This document shows, in pieces, positions 40,401-53,711 of a stretch of 64,000 nt of DNA; position 1 is the stretch's first letter; each line of letters opens with the position of its first letter. Made by a program: the position numbers and the translations under genes. The notes under the pieces are model-generated. The model was not told where the DNA came from and did no database searches. It was given only the letters and a program-made list of their open reading frames with translations. Source of the stretch: Raillietiella orientalis (taxonomy: Eukaryota); NCBI GenBank assembly GCA_036172245.1, contig JAYWIR010000031.1, forward strand, positions 1,116,001-1,180,000, read 5' to 3'.

Positions 40401-40759
40401 TTACCTTCTGGGAAGCTTTTGCTTTCCAATTCTGGAGGATCAGGCTTTTGCAGCAGTTCGCCGGCTTCAGTACCGTCGCTCAAGAAAACAGATCTGTCTT
40501 CATCGGCCGGGCTTCCGACATCTTCCTCGAGTACCTCAGGGTATCCCACGACTCCTTTCGGATGGCAGCCTCCCTGCTGGAGCTCTGAAATCGCCACAAG
40601 TACGATCACTGCAACTGCCGAATGCATTTCGGTTCTCTCCTCGATTCGTGAGCCGGAATGCAGGGTCCCTATTTATGCCAACGGAAGTTCTCCAACACGT
40701 ACTCTGAATTGTTCACAGCCTTGAACTTTTGAAACAGAACAACCTCCCCAATATTCTAA

Positions 40760-42650
40760 AATTAAAATCCTTTTATCTCAATACCGTAAACGCAGAAACA
40801 CTGTGAAACAGAATTCTGTTGCACTTTGTCCGTGGACGATGACTTCCTGGAGTCGTATTTTGCATTCTGAAGACAGTGGAATCCGGATTTATGGCTTCTA
40901 TTTTTAGAAAATCTACAGAATTTGAGCCTGTTGCTGCTGGTTACACGGAACGGATGCCTTTCCCGCAGCCACCCCCAACTTCCCTCTCGTGACGCAAGGA
41001 AAACTTTTATCGGATCTCTGCGCGGTTCGATGAGCTTTGCAAAACACTGCGCCTCAATGATGGTGGAAGGATAAACTTGAGAAACAGCAACGTTCCTCTT
41101 ACTTCTGAAACAGCTACAAAATCCAAAAACCATCAATGACTTGAAGTTTTATTCCTCTGAGCTTCTTTTGTTTTTGTTTTTTTTTTAGTATAAAAGAAAC
41201 TCTTCTAACTGTGGAAAACGGTCGGTTCTTTACTGAAGTTTCTTGGCGTCAACTCGAAAAACTTTGTAATTCTCGGTACATTCGAACTCTGGAATAAAAT
41301 TCGAATCAAAAGTGTACGACTGCTTAGGTGTTCGCCACATACATGGAGACCGTTCCAAAAGGAAAAAACTTTCACTGGTACTTTGCGTTCGTGCTCAAGA
41401 GATGCGTTGGTTTCCTTCTCCAAGAAAGGCAAAAACAAAGTTTGAACGAATCAAAAGCACACTGATGGGATGGATTTATTACGAAACCGAAATGATAAAA
41501 GCAATGCGAATCTGCAGAAACGAACGAAGGTCTGCCTAGCTGTAGTGAAGTTTGTCCTCAGAAAGATGGATTGAATGACGTCAGTTTAAAATATCATTGA
41601 TCGCTCGTCTTCTCGTCAGAAAATCATTTTCACCTAATAAGTGAAAGGCTGCATGGGCTCAAAAATGTGTGTACGATGAAAACATGATTCTGATTGAAAT
41701 CTCTTGTACTGAAAGATGTTACGAATCCTATGTGTGCAAAGAAGCAAAAAGGAAAAACGCCATTCTCTGATGAATCTTATTAATACTTACGATTCAGAAG
41801 GACACCGTAAACATTTTGATGTTAGGAATACGACTGGTAGATGAAAGTGTGAAGCAAGCAAAGTACTGGTTCTCCTCCCGATGTTTCATTTTCACTAATA
41901 GACTTCTGTAGACTCTCATTCAAACATGAAAATTGAGTTGTCTGATTTGTCTTTTGGTTCACATAATTGAGGCTTTCTTGCCTCTCGCTCTTCTGAGCGA
42001 ACAAGCAGTGGCGACACTATCTGGAGGTGGTCCAGAACCCAAGAAACGTAAGAGTCCATAACAGTCGATTGATGCATTCCGAGGTATAAAGTAGGCATTA
42101 GCGTACGTAGTAGGTTTCACGAGATTCTCTAAGTGTACATCTCAAGCCTGTACTTTGATTCCTGGAGTGACCGTCTTGATGAAAAAAAAAAAACACATGG
42201 AGCGATTAATGTGCATCTTGAAGTCATCAGAAACTGCTGGAATCGCGAAAGATGCATACGTGTAACACTGATGGCCAGCTGCAAACCAAAAGCGAAAAAA
42301 CCAAAAAAAATTGCCACTCCTCCTGTGATGTCATATTCTCGCCATCTGAGGACCAGAACCGACTTTGATGAATCCAGCGGGCCGGCCTTTTGGACTCGCA
42401 AGCCGGGAAGGAACTCCCTGAAAATATTCGACAACCAAATTCCTGTTTCCACCGAAGTTTCGGGGAACAAAGAGAAAAAGATCCTGAATAATTCACCTAT
42501 CATATTCAGATATATGGAGGAACGGCACTGTTTGAGATCTTTCTTGGGATCTTGGTTTCTTTCGCAGAAAGAGCAACCCTGCCTCCTGATTTTCATCCAC
42601 GCCCCACTTAAGTGGTGCTGACTGTCCACCGCTAATGAGAGAATCATTAA
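40760..42650 (-). pseudogene. Degenerate LRR (Toll-like ectodomain) gene
   Basis: LRR-like fragments YLNMIGEL..FFSLFP, PTLYLGMHQ...LDHLQ, FELTPRNFS and IIEAQCFAKL, with many stops and frameshifts. Confidence 0.4.
42101..42256. repeat. Left arm of a ~160-bp inverted repeat (partner 43651-43812)
   Basis: GCGTACGTAGTAGGTTTCACGAGATTC...GAAAGATGCA is the reverse complement of 43651-43812, with few changes and one ~10-bp indel. Confidence 0.85.
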
Positions 42651-42714
42651 GACAGACTATCTGCATTTCTGAGAGAAAAGGAAGATTGATGGCGGTGCCG
42701 ATATGCTCATTATA

Positions 42715-42956
42715 CATAATTATATATATTTATTTGTTTATTTACATATAGAAGAATATAGATTATAAAGATTATAAAACATATATATATATGCTTATCA
42801 TGTATATTGATGTATACATTTATATAGAGATTTATATTCGAAATTATTTTGACATAAATATTTATCGGTATTTATTGATATACGCATTGTCGATAGTAAT
42901 ATTCTTTTAAGATAATATTTATTAACATACATATTATTAATGGTAATATTAGTTTA

Positions 42957-43003
<47 letters not shown>

Positions 43004-43085
43004 GAATCTATATATGAAGATATATGCATAATAAACACATATATTTATTTTTTATGGTCTTTCGAGATTTCGGCATTCGGGATTT
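42715..43085. repeat. AT-rich family member (right end) containing an (AT)n(GT)n microsatellite at ~42956-43002
   Basis: Ends ATATTTATTTTTTATGGTCTTTCGAGATTTCGGCATTCGGGATTTTCGAACC. Confidence 0.6.
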
Positions 43086-43650
43086 TCGAACCAACCGAAT
43101 TGATCGTGGTCAGGCCTCTTTAGTTGCAGCCATCTTACTCTTAGCACTCCTGATAGAAGAAACTGGTGGCTACAAAGGAGCTATTTGAAAACAAAGGTAA
43201 GTAAAACAGCATCGATGGACTGCACCAAGAGTGTTTCCAAATGCCTCTGTGTCTCGACGACACTCATTTGGTCCAGGTGCTGCAGAATTGGGGCGTCGTT
43301 GCTCCTCCGGCGTTATGGGATCCAAAGGAATCGTCTTTTTTTCCGATCGAATGAAAAACTGAAAGATGCAAAAGGAAATTGCGCAACACCCCAATTTCCT
43401 CCATCCTCCCCCCCCCATTATTCTCACGAGGATAATGAGTCAGAACTTGTGGACTCGAAAGCAGCTCGTTTAAGTATCCATATCTTCCCAAACTTTTCCA
43501 CGAATAAACTGGATTTTATCTTCTGAACACAAAGGTCTCACTAATAGATAAATAAAATATCAAGTAGTTAAAAAGATGCAAATTGCTCCAGGAATGAATT
43601 TCAGTGTCGAATAGGTTTTGCTCATTAAAATGCATAAGCAACTATCTGTT

Positions 43651-43812
43651 TGCATCTTTCATGATTCCACCAGTTTCTGATGACTTCAAGATGCAAATTC
43701 TCTCTGATGAATCGCTCCATATGTTTTTTTTTATCGAGACAGTCACTCCAGGAATCAAAGTACAGGCTTGAGATGTACACTGAAAGAATCTCGTGAAACC
43801 TACTACGTACGC
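43651..43812. repeat. Right arm of the ~160-bp inverted repeat
   Basis: TGCATCTTTC...GTGAAACCTACTACGTACGC. Confidence 0.85.
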
Positions 43813-46570
43813 ACTGGGACAATTCCTCATTAGGAGGGAGTTGGCGACTGAGGTTAAAAGGCTGTTGTTAAAAGGCTTTGAGATGAACTCGAGATGGAGA
43901 TTACGGGAGTAACTGGAATGTGAGGCAGCGAAAAGAGTAGGCATTTCATCCTTCATGAGAGTGGAGGCAAAATGTAGATGCCCTCTGTTTGGGAGATAAG
44001 AAGAGCTTGGACACTTGGACCCTGGTCGGAACTCTGAAATATTTCTGATCGACGGTCTTGTTTTAGAGGGGCTCACAGTTCTTCAGAGATGAGCGGAAAC
44101 TCACAATGGCTTGGTTTCTCTGTTCTGCTGGTATCACTTGCGCTTTTGAGATCATTACCTACAATCTTGCGTCGTCTTTCGAGTTCTGCATGGGAGTGGC
44201 ATCCATGGAGACTGCACTTCCTGCAAGTCCGTAAGATGAGCACGGAGAAGAGTTTCAAACAAATTCAGCCTGCGTTTCAAACACACAACAGACACATCCC
44301 GTGCAAAACTGCCCATCTGCGCGAAACCTGGCAGTGCTATCCTTCTGCCATTCTTCCTTGATCGTTCTCCGAGGAAACTCCAGCCCTTTGCAGTGCAAGC
44401 AGTTTTCATGATGCCCAACTTTGTAATAGTTTCACAGGAGCGTTCCTTCGGTCATCAGACTGCGGGCCTCTTTTTCAGAAAGCAATTCTCGGAAGATGCT
44501 TACCGAGTGGTTTTATTGTGGTTACCGATGCTCCTAGGCCACTTCTAGATCGACGAAAATTTCCTGAGGCTCAGGCCATCGTAAGAAATAAATCCCACTG
44601 TCTATTTCTTTGTGCACTTCGTCTCGAGTGAAATTCCGTTCTTGGGAATTACAACGCTGGAAAAGTCATCCCTTGAGACTCCCACGACTGAGATGGGGTT
44701 AACCATCGGGATGTTTCCAGTGTTTCAAACGAAGCAGATTAAAAGCTTTTGAAGCATTTTTTTTTTTTTTTTCTATGAAAAAAATTCACTCTTTCACCCT
44801 GCGGTGCTTAGTTTTCTTTTCTATACTCCATTCAAGGCTTAGAAACTTCTGTACATACTTCAAACAACCTCTTCCAAGATCAAAGTCAGTTGAAATAATT
44901 TTGAATGCCTTCAAACGCAAAGACTCTCTAAACTTAAACGCATTGCTCTCCACGAAATTCTACGACCATTAGATGTCGTAACAAGAAATTATGAACTTTT
45001 TACGAGACACCGACTGTTAATGAGTAATTAGTACTAATAATTCGAAGCAATCTGCTGTGCCTTTAGAGCGTTCCATTCGATGATTATTAACCTTCCATGA
45101 ACTTTCCGATGTTATTAATGTATAGATGGATCTAAAAGCATTCGTATATACTACATAATCCATATTGAGTAATCACATTGATCCCAAAACATCTAAATGA
45201 ATACACAAATTGCATCAATTAAATACTCAGAATTGAAAATACATATTACTCCCAACGCACCGTTCCCAACAAACCTGTACGGAATTTCTGTCCCAAAGAC
45301 TTTGTAGCGTTAAGCAAATGAACCGTTTGCTCGTTCGTATGGACCGGCTAGCTGAATGAGTTATTGGCCTATCCCCGATCTTATCCTCAAACTGGAAACT
45401 CTCTCAGAGCTCACCCTCATAAATTTATAGACAATACCTGCCCAACTGTGCCCACCTTTCGTTCCGAACTAGCAGTAACTGTCAGTAATGGAACTGCACA
45501 CTTTGCAAGCTGAGTGACTCCGCTAGATGCTGTTGACGCATGCCTGGAAACGATGAAACACTGACCAGAGCAAGGGGCCCTCATGACTCGAAAGATGGAC
45601 ATTACCTTTCTTTATCAGCAAGACTGCACTTGACTGGATGGAGGATGAGAGAACGGGCTTCCTGGATTCTTTGAACTCTTGGAAATCCCGCTACTTTCGT
45701 GAAACTGACTGCCGCTCTTGAGTGATTTGCAAAAATCCCTTTCTTCTGAGAGCAGCCATCAGAACCTCCGCGTCTCTGTACGACAGGAAAGTGTCATCCT
45801 TGCTTTGGGCATTTTCTTTCGGCCAAGCAACAGAATGTGACGACTAACCAAGAAAATGCTCCGACAGAAGTTGCGGCAGGCAGAAAGGCGATGCTCTACT
45901 AATGGATGTGGACTCATACATACTCATACAAATCACCATCTTCTGAGAATCCAGCCTTCATCAAAGTCAGCCTGACTGTTCAATGATTATCATGTTTTAC
46001 TCTTCAAATCAAAGAATTTGTATGCTTCTCTGCATGAGTAGTGAAGTGAAGGGTAAAAGATGCACTAAAGATGCGGATCCAATTCAGTATCAACTTCCAT
46101 TTCATCACACAGAAGCAAATGCGATGATCCGATGAACTGAGTTACGTCACGCCTCTGTTTCTTCGCGTCTCGAAGAACGAAATTTCAGTCTCAGGGGACG
46201 CGATTTTCCGGCACTGACAGTTGGCAAACTGAATTGCGATTGTGCGAATAGCAAACGAGGCTGACATCTGCTGGACAAAGATTCGTCAAGTACCGTCATC
46301 GTACAGTATGCGTGACGCCAGTACAAAACGATTGCAACCAGCTCATGGACCTGATTTAAGGATCGTGTAACTCATTCTCCAAATATCCGGCGCACAAATA
46401 GGATGGCTGGCTTCTTGAAAGGAAGAAAAATCACTAATGGAAGTCCATACTCTGAAAAGCAAGGTGCGACAGCAAGCAAAGAAGCAGCAGCCAACCCTTT
46501 GATCATTGGAGCAGATAATGGCGAGAGCGGCTCCAAGGTTGGAGCTTTTCTTCTCCATAAAATATAGCAT
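43813..46570 (+). pseudogene. Toll-like receptor pseudogene (LRRs to TIR)
   Basis: EELGHLDPGRNSEIFLIDGLVLEGLTVLQ...HNGL (LRR). SRLEERNFSLRGRDFPA...ANSKR..LLDKD (~46165-46285) resembles TIR box 2. Numerous stops. Confidence 0.55.
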
Positions 46571-47349
46571 TATTCTCATTGTAATGAAATAAGTATTATG
46601 TATTATTTTTTTTATAAATACCTTAGTTCATTTATACGATTAAGTTACCGATAAACGAAGCATTATCTAACTTCAGTGTGCTATTCTTATCCAGCATTAG
46701 AGAACCAAAGGTCTCCTCCCCTTTACACCAATGAAGCTTCCCTTCTTAGACAATAACTTATGCGATGAGGTTCAACTCTTTAATGATAAAATTGAAATCT
46801 TCCTTGTGCCAGTGGTAACTCAAAGCTGAGTCGGTGTGGACCATTATCAGTAAGGTGAAGAGCACCCAATCATGGATTCCCGGAGCGAGCTATGGGACTC
46901 TGCTAGCTCAGACTTGAAGGGAAGCCTCGTAGTCGTACGACTTGAAAGTTGCAGGAGACCACGTCCCAGTCCCCAGGGTGGAAGATCTCCTGAAGCATTC
47001 TTCTAATCTGGTAGAACGAGGAACCCGCACGTGTCCATCTGGGAACAACAACAACAGCAGCAACAAAAATCAAAACATCTGAAGCAGGACAGCGCAGCAT
47101 GCAGTGGGAAGTAAAACCAAGAGATCGCCGAGGAGAGATGGCTCGTTGAGAAACAGCAAGCACCGAGGACCGACTAAATAGGAAAGATAAAGCCAATTGA
47201 AAGTGTTCTTATATAGGATGTGGACCATCGGGTACGGGGAACACAGAACTGAGGGGGTGGCAGTCAGCATTCTGGTTTTGCTGCCGGCATTTTGGATGAG
47301 AGTCCAAAATGACTCGCACCCGGTTATGCCGCGGCATTTATTACGTTAA

Positions 47350-47790
47350 CCCTCTATAGCCTGAATTTTTTTTTTAAAACTATAAAAAAATTTATGTAAC
47401 GTGAAATCATCCTCTAATTACGAATCGATGATGAATTCCTTAGGTGAAATGATTTTATTGTAACGAATATGCTTTGTAATTTTGGGGCTGCAACGGCGTA
47501 CAACGTACAACGCACTCGTGCGTGTAAGGAAAGCTCAAGCATGGAATTCCACAGAGCAGTTTGTGCTTGGCGTGGAACGTAGATGTACACGTTGCATTTC
47601 GTACATTCCATTTCCGGAACTCCTTTGCATCCCGGCTCTTTGCAGCCTCCCCGCTTATCCGAAAAGAGCGGCCAATGTGCGATTTCACATTTTCGCGCGT
47701 TTTCGACTGGAAGCGTTGCACTTATTCCCCTTCGCTTCTCCTCTTCCGAATGTTCGTCCACGGCAGTTGGAACATCATCATAGATCATTG
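47350..47790 (-). mobile_element. piggyBac (PGBD3-like) 3' fragment with intact terminus
   Basis: C-terminal Cys-rich domain HWPLFSDKRGGCKEPGCKG..MECTKCNVY...NCSVEFH; terminus TTAA|CCCTCTATAGCC (TTAA at 47346-47349). Confidence 0.85.
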
Positions 47791-48482
47791 CGATGTGAAA
47801 TTCACGAAGCTGTATCGTGCGAAAATAATAACGAAATGATCGTTTAAATGAAAAACAAATAAGAGATTATGGATACACAGACCAAGAGCTATTACGCAGG
47901 CTCTTCCTTGTTTATCAAAACACCGATGGAACGAAAGATCATGACAACTGCAGAGGATGGTTCACGCAACTTTTATCTACAGACAACTCGCCAAGGCATT
48001 TACCTCGATATCTCGGGCTGGAGTTGATGTCCGTCACCAGGACTGCTATTGGTTACCGAGAAGACGTTATACAGGAAGATGTATGTGCCACCTTGCGGCA
48101 AAAAAATTGAATAAATCAATAAGATATCGATGTATTAGTATGTGAATTCAAAGCCACACCGGGATACAGAAGGTTAAGTAATAAAAATACATTCTTTGTG
48201 GTAGGACCGTTGGCTCTACCACGTGCTTGGAACCTGCCGAAGAGCAGTGAGCAGACCGGCGATGTCCGCTTCGTCAGAGCAAGGGAAGGGGAACAAAACA
48301 AAAAAAGCAGTGAGGGGAAATTATACACGAGGAAGCGGCGGGAAACGAGGAAGGGATCACGGTACGCTGCCAGGTGTCCTCTGCATCCTGTTGAGGATGG
48401 TGGAAATCCTTTCGAGCTCTTCTGTTTTTGCTGCTTTCCTTTCATCTTTTTTTTTGGGGGGGGGTGGAGGGGGGAGTTTGTC

Positions 48483-49200
48483 TTTTTTATTGGTTCTCTA
48501 GGAGTGCTGAAGAACCGCCCGCCTCCATGGGGAAGGGGGGGGGAGCTCACGAAGCTCTTTGACGCCGTCCACATCACCTTAGAGTGCAGGTAACTCTTCA
48601 AGATAGGAGGTATCCCAGGGGAGGGAGGAGCGGACCACCCTATGAATCCAGGAAGGCTCCGGAGGAGGAATTTCGTTCCTCTCACGCTAGGCATTGGAAC
48701 TTCGAAAGGAACCCTCCATCCTCACTGTCTCCGAAGGGAAGCATCTCCTCCTTATTCTCTCCGGAGGTACCTCCTGGAGGAGGCTACTTCTCATTTCTTC
48801 TCCGGAGGGCAGCACCTGCAAGGGAACCGCTCCTTCTTTCCTCCTGTGGAGAGAACCCCGAAAGGACTCTTCCAAATTTCCCCGGGAAGCAGAGCACTTC
48901 TTGACTCTCTGGAGAGACAACTCCCTTGGGAAGTATCAACCAGCTTCATGATAATCGATGAGTGGTCCCCCCGAGGGAGAGGGGGGGCATGGCTCCAGCT
49001 TCTCAACCGGAGGGGAACCCAGAAGGACTCCTTGATTCCTGGAAGGACCCCGGAGGGTCAACTTCCAATCCACACCAGTCAACGGGGGCATCCGGTTCTC
49101 AACTTCCCCCAGTGCCTCCGCACCCGAACAGGCCAACCAACGTTATCCTGCTGGGGAAGACTCGAAATTCACGACACGTCCATTCCTCGGCGGCGGTCCT
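48483..49200 (-). mobile_element. tRNA-derived SINE, copy 2 (head lost at a LINE junction)
   Basis: Shares the body (GGACTCCTTGATTCCTGGAAG...CCAGTCAACGG) and the 3' end GGTTCTTCAGCAC with copies 1 and 3. Confidence 0.7.
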
Positions 49201-49203
49201 TTA

Positions 49204-49695
49204 TTTTTACCCGGTCACTAGGGTGCCTTCCTCAAAAAAAAAAAAAAAATATTTACAAAAAACAGCAGTCATATTAAATATAAAAATGTCTTTCTTTGTT
49301 GTGGCTTCACATGACCATTATGAAGAGAAATGCTGCCTCGGAGGCCCTGCTTCTCGTGAGCTGCTCCCCCGGTGAGGCTCGCACAAGAGAATTGGGGGGG
49401 AGGGGGTTAATAAAAAAAAAGCACACACACAAAAGTTCATTTTAAGAATAAATTGAGGGAGCAGGGGGCAGGGATCGCAGATTTTTCCCTGGCGTCCTCA
49501 GCATCCTCTGGAGGATGTTGGCAACTTCCTCCTTCTGTTGGCAGAGATGTGAGTATCTTGTCTTCCTTCTCATGAAGGAGCAGAACGATTGGGATGACCT
49601 CACCGTTCGACTGGCCTCTTTCGGTGCGGCTTTTCTCGCCACCACAGTCCCACGAGCTGCAAAGGAAGCTGCAGGCGGTGCCGAGTCGCCAACGC
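49204..49695 (-). mobile_element. 3' end of a Tx1/L1-like LINE of the same clade as 29604-32298
   Basis: AARGTVVARK...YSHLCQQKEEVANILQRM vs WSHLEREKEELAAILQRM; terminal GCACCCTAGTGACCGGGTAAAAA. Confidence 0.7.
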
Positions 49696-51459
49696 GTTTT
49701 TTTTTTTCGTTGTTGTTTGCAGTGTGAATTCGAATACAAACGGTATTCTAGAATAAGAGAAAGAAGGACCTATGTGGGGCGTTTGTTTTTTGTTTTTCCG
49801 AATACGGGAGACTGCGTGACCTCATGAAAGCAAACTTCCTTTTCAAGTTGTGAGAGTTCGCTCACATTTACTTGGTCTTTCTTTCAGATGTTTGCGAATG
49901 CAATTCCCCTTTTTTGAGTCAGAGCGGTACCCACAGTGAAGGAGGCAGTGTGTTTTGGAACGCGGAGCACATGGAAACCAAGCACGGGCATAAAATGCCA
50001 CGGAAACTGTGATGCGCGTTAAACTCTTCAAGTGCTTGCGATTTTCAGCGTTCGGTACAAACTTCAGACACTTCATCTGAGATCTACTTAGCTTCTAGCT
50101 TCCGATCAGGTCTCTGAAATCTTACAATCTTTTTACGTATGAACAGCATCTTAAGTATGCTCTCTGCCATCCATCGGCATGCCGATGAGAGGAAAACGAA
50201 AGCATGGCGCCTCCACTCCGGAACTGTCACAATTGGAGACCGCGCGACCTCCCACGCCTGTTCCCCTCGTATGGCGAAGTTCCTTCCAGCGTCTGAGGGG
50301 ATGCGGAGTTTGCCGACTGAACCACTCTGCAGCAGCAGCACTCGGAGATGGGAGCACTTCTCAGCAGTCAGAACTTGATATTGTGAGAGAAGGTCCAACG
50401 GTGATGTTTCTGAGCTCGCACAAAAGACTCCATGAGCAATGAAACTTTCCAATAGAAACCGAAAGGAAAGAAATCTGGAAGTGACTTTTTTTTGTGCGGA
50501 CTGGTGAAGACTCAGTTACTATAGAAAGTCTGATTTGTGATTTCATGATTCCATCGTTTTATGTTCTACAAATTGATCAGACTGAAACTCTAGCGAAAGA
50601 ATGAGAATTTTCATTTCAGAGCATCGACTCTCTTGCGTCTCATCTTCTTTGGAAAGCGAGCAGACAAATGAGGAAGGTGTTTTCAGGCCTCTTTGTATCA
50701 TTCCGAAGAAAATAAGAGTATCGTGCTTTTCCCACCTGTACACAGGAAGATCTTGGAAGGAAAAGGCGGGAAAGCAGGGAGATGCGATATGAGAAAGCGT
50801 AAAATAAAGAAGCAGGATTCATTTCCTCCCGTCAGGCAGTGGAATCGATTTATTCCCGTGACATCTGCGGGGAAAAGTGCCATTCAGCTGCTCTGAACTT
50901 TGTGCCCCTGAGGTGTGTGCACTGAAACCTTCCTTAATTTGCAAGTACCGTCACTCTGCTTGCCCTTTCTTCGACGGGAATTACTCTCCGCGGCATTCTC
51001 ATCTCTACTGGAAAAGGCCAGACTCAGTCACTCTGGAGATTATCTGAATCTTCTTCCTGGTAGATGGCCAGGGCTTCCGTTCTATCGCCCGTACTTTGCT
51101 GGTAGAGACGAAGAACTACCAGAAGTGAATTCTTGCGGCTGAAATAGCAGCTCATCAGTTGGAACTGCCTGCTGAGAACACCATTCCGCCGCACCATATG
51201 TATCATGAGACATACGAGCGTACAGATGAAAGCGTGCACAGTGGCATGTACATTTGTGTTCGTTGCTGATGCTCGAGGTCATCTCAGCATGCGCCGGAAG
51301 GATCTGAACTGCTGTCACGTACCAAATGATACAAACAATAGAACTTGAGCTGTACATATACTTCGTGGACTCCCCACCCAGAGTGAGTTCCAATCAACGC
51401 TGATTCTCTTCTACTTTGCAAATCTCAGCACTCACTCTGTCGCTCCAGTCGATTCTGGA

Positions 51460-52800
51460 TTCACGCATGGTTGTTCTGGGACGTTTATTTACACACAATG
51501 GCCTTATAATCTAGCGGGATGAAGAGTATGTCACTATGGCGGTAGAGGAATTCCTATTGGGGTCAGGGAAGTGGTGGTAGGGTTCGGTGGAGTAAGGAGA
51601 GGGGATTTGCCGGGGTTATTGTGCCTGACGTTTTGCTTATAGCTCTTCGCGGTCTCTTGTCTCAAGGTGCATCCATATTCGGGCTGTACGGAGCAGTCCC
51701 CTGTACATCTGGAGAACGTCGTTGCGAGTCTCTTGGAACTCTAGGAGATGCCTAGGTACCAGGGTCGTACGCACAGAGCAGGCAACAGCTAAGTACTCTG
51801 CTTTGGTTAGTCCGTTTTTGCCGGAAGAACGCACTGAGCAGCTTCTTGGGTCCCGCATCCGGGGGAGACAGGCTGTGGATCCAAAGGCACCCTGTCGATT
51901 CCAGGACACCGTCCTGAGAAGCCATCTCTGAGCAGGAGAGGAAGCAGATGGACAGGAGTAATTTTTAAGTTGCTGGCCAATGCTGCTTTCTGCACTGGAT
52001 AAGAGTAAGGAGGTCATGGTGACCATGAATCTATACGCCTCAGCATTGGGCATGAGAGTGGATAACCAGCACAGCAGAATGGTGCCCCCAACTTTAATGC
52101 TAGAAGTTTTCGGTCCAAAGAGATTCTTAATGGGAAGCGCCAAAAAAAGCAGATTTGGTGGTGTTTTCACAGTGTGAGGAGCCGTCGGAGATCAGAATCT
52201 TTGAAAACGCCCTCGTATTTTTCCACTTCGATCCGTTTTTCCTTTGTTTTGTGATTGGTTCGCTCGCTTCCCGGACTCGGTCTTTCTTGCTGTAGCAAGG
52301 AAGAATCTCCCGTCGTCGCCTCGTGCATGCGCTGCATTCTGCCCCGTTGAAAATCTCCACGAAAACGTTGGAAGGGCCTCACCACAGCTCGTGCTCGCCA
52401 GTGGCAGCTGACTCAAGGCCACTCCTCGGTTTTCGGAATTTTTCCTCACTCCTGACAAAGAACCGAGGGCTCCTCCCGTACTGTCTTCTACGGGTGCTGC
52501 ATGCGCATTCAGGAGAAGATGGAAACTCTGGAGAAAACACCACCGTGCATTCCGGGCTATGCGCGAGTGTTTTCGTCTGACAGCTTTCCGAATGTTTCGC
52601 TGGAAAACCCTCCGCCTCTGCTTCCTCTTCAATGAAACGGACCGGTGTCCAAGAGCGGGCAGCACCTCCAGTGCCGCTCTTCGGCAAGACTGGGAACGCA
52701 GACCCTTGAAAGAATCCCGGTTGTCGAAGGGCAGAGTCCTATGCTAAAACGTCTGAAGGAGAAAACATGAGACCTCCTCTCGCTTCCTGGCGAAGCTGTC
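51460..52800 (-). mobile_element. Internally deleted LINE (APE endonuclease joined to the ORF2 C-terminus)
   Basis: FLLQT, SGTGG, LLNAHAAP, GDF(N), then RTARIWMHLETRDREEL; 3' end AATAAACGTCCCAGAACAACCATGCGTG. Confidence 0.55.
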
Positions 52801-53219
52801 ACCGAGCGGTTTGAAATGCCATTTTCATCGTTACCTGTGGGTACGCGAAACGTGCAGGAAACCGAGAGACAGGGCGAGACAAAGGATCCAGGAGCGGTTC
52901 GTTATCCGCAGGAACGCGCTCTCACTGTCTGCAATCTGCTGCATGCCTTTCCATCATTCTGAGATGCGACGCACGGGTTGGGCAGGATGGATAGAGCCAT
53001 GCGGGAACACTTCGAACTTGGGACACCCGCTGTGGATTCCCGGCAAAACCAGTTGGTGCACATTTTGTCTAAGGTGCCACGCCAGATTTAGATTACTCAG
53101 AACTGGGATTTCATTCATGTGTGTGTGTGTGTGTGTTTCATGCAATTAGACTTTTGTCGGATGATTTAAAATTATTCAGCATAAATTACATAGTTCGTAG
53201 ATAATCACCGAATTGATGT

Positions 53220-53711
53220 CTGATGAGAGAAGCTCATCAGATTCAAACGTTCCGTGTTGAGGGCATGCGAGCCGCAGTTGCGACCTCTGTGGACGGACTG
53301 CTTCTTTGCGTACCGCGTACTCCATGGAGGTACCGACTGACTGTATACAGTGCTGATTGAAGTTATTGTAATTGCTTATTTACACCACATTAAATAAAAC
53401 ATTTTCACTTTTCCCAAACATATAGCATTCGTTGAAAAATTATAATTATAATTCGAATAAATCAATGATTCACCTACATTTTCAAGATACCACAAAGATG
53501 AAAAACAGTACAATGAATTCTATACGACACCGAGGAAAAACGAAAATAGTCAGCCGATGCAAATAGAATTTTCTTCACTGTCGTTGCTAAGGCAACTATA
53601 AGAACGTAAGTGTATGTGTCCGTCTCAAACATGGATAATGCTAACTTATGTCGCGTGCACAAACTAAAAGCATTTGCCAAATGCATATATGCGTCCATAG
53701 CACTCAGAAGG
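53220..53711 (+). mobile_element. piggyBac-like 3' fragment
   Basis: ACEPQLRPLWTDCFFAY (PGBD4-like Cys tail), AT-rich UTR, terminus GTCCATAGCACTCAGAAGG|TTAA. Confidence 0.45.

Noticed and set aside
47200..47260. WTIGYG motif suggesting a phage-type lysozyme or a K+ channel pore
   Set aside because: Isolated six-residue match with no supporting ORF
53220..53242. CTGATGAG hairpin as a hammerhead ribozyme
   Set aside because: Simple 9-bp stem (TCTGATGAG/CTCATCAGA); no stem II or GAAA core. The other CTGATGA sites I checked also lack the core.
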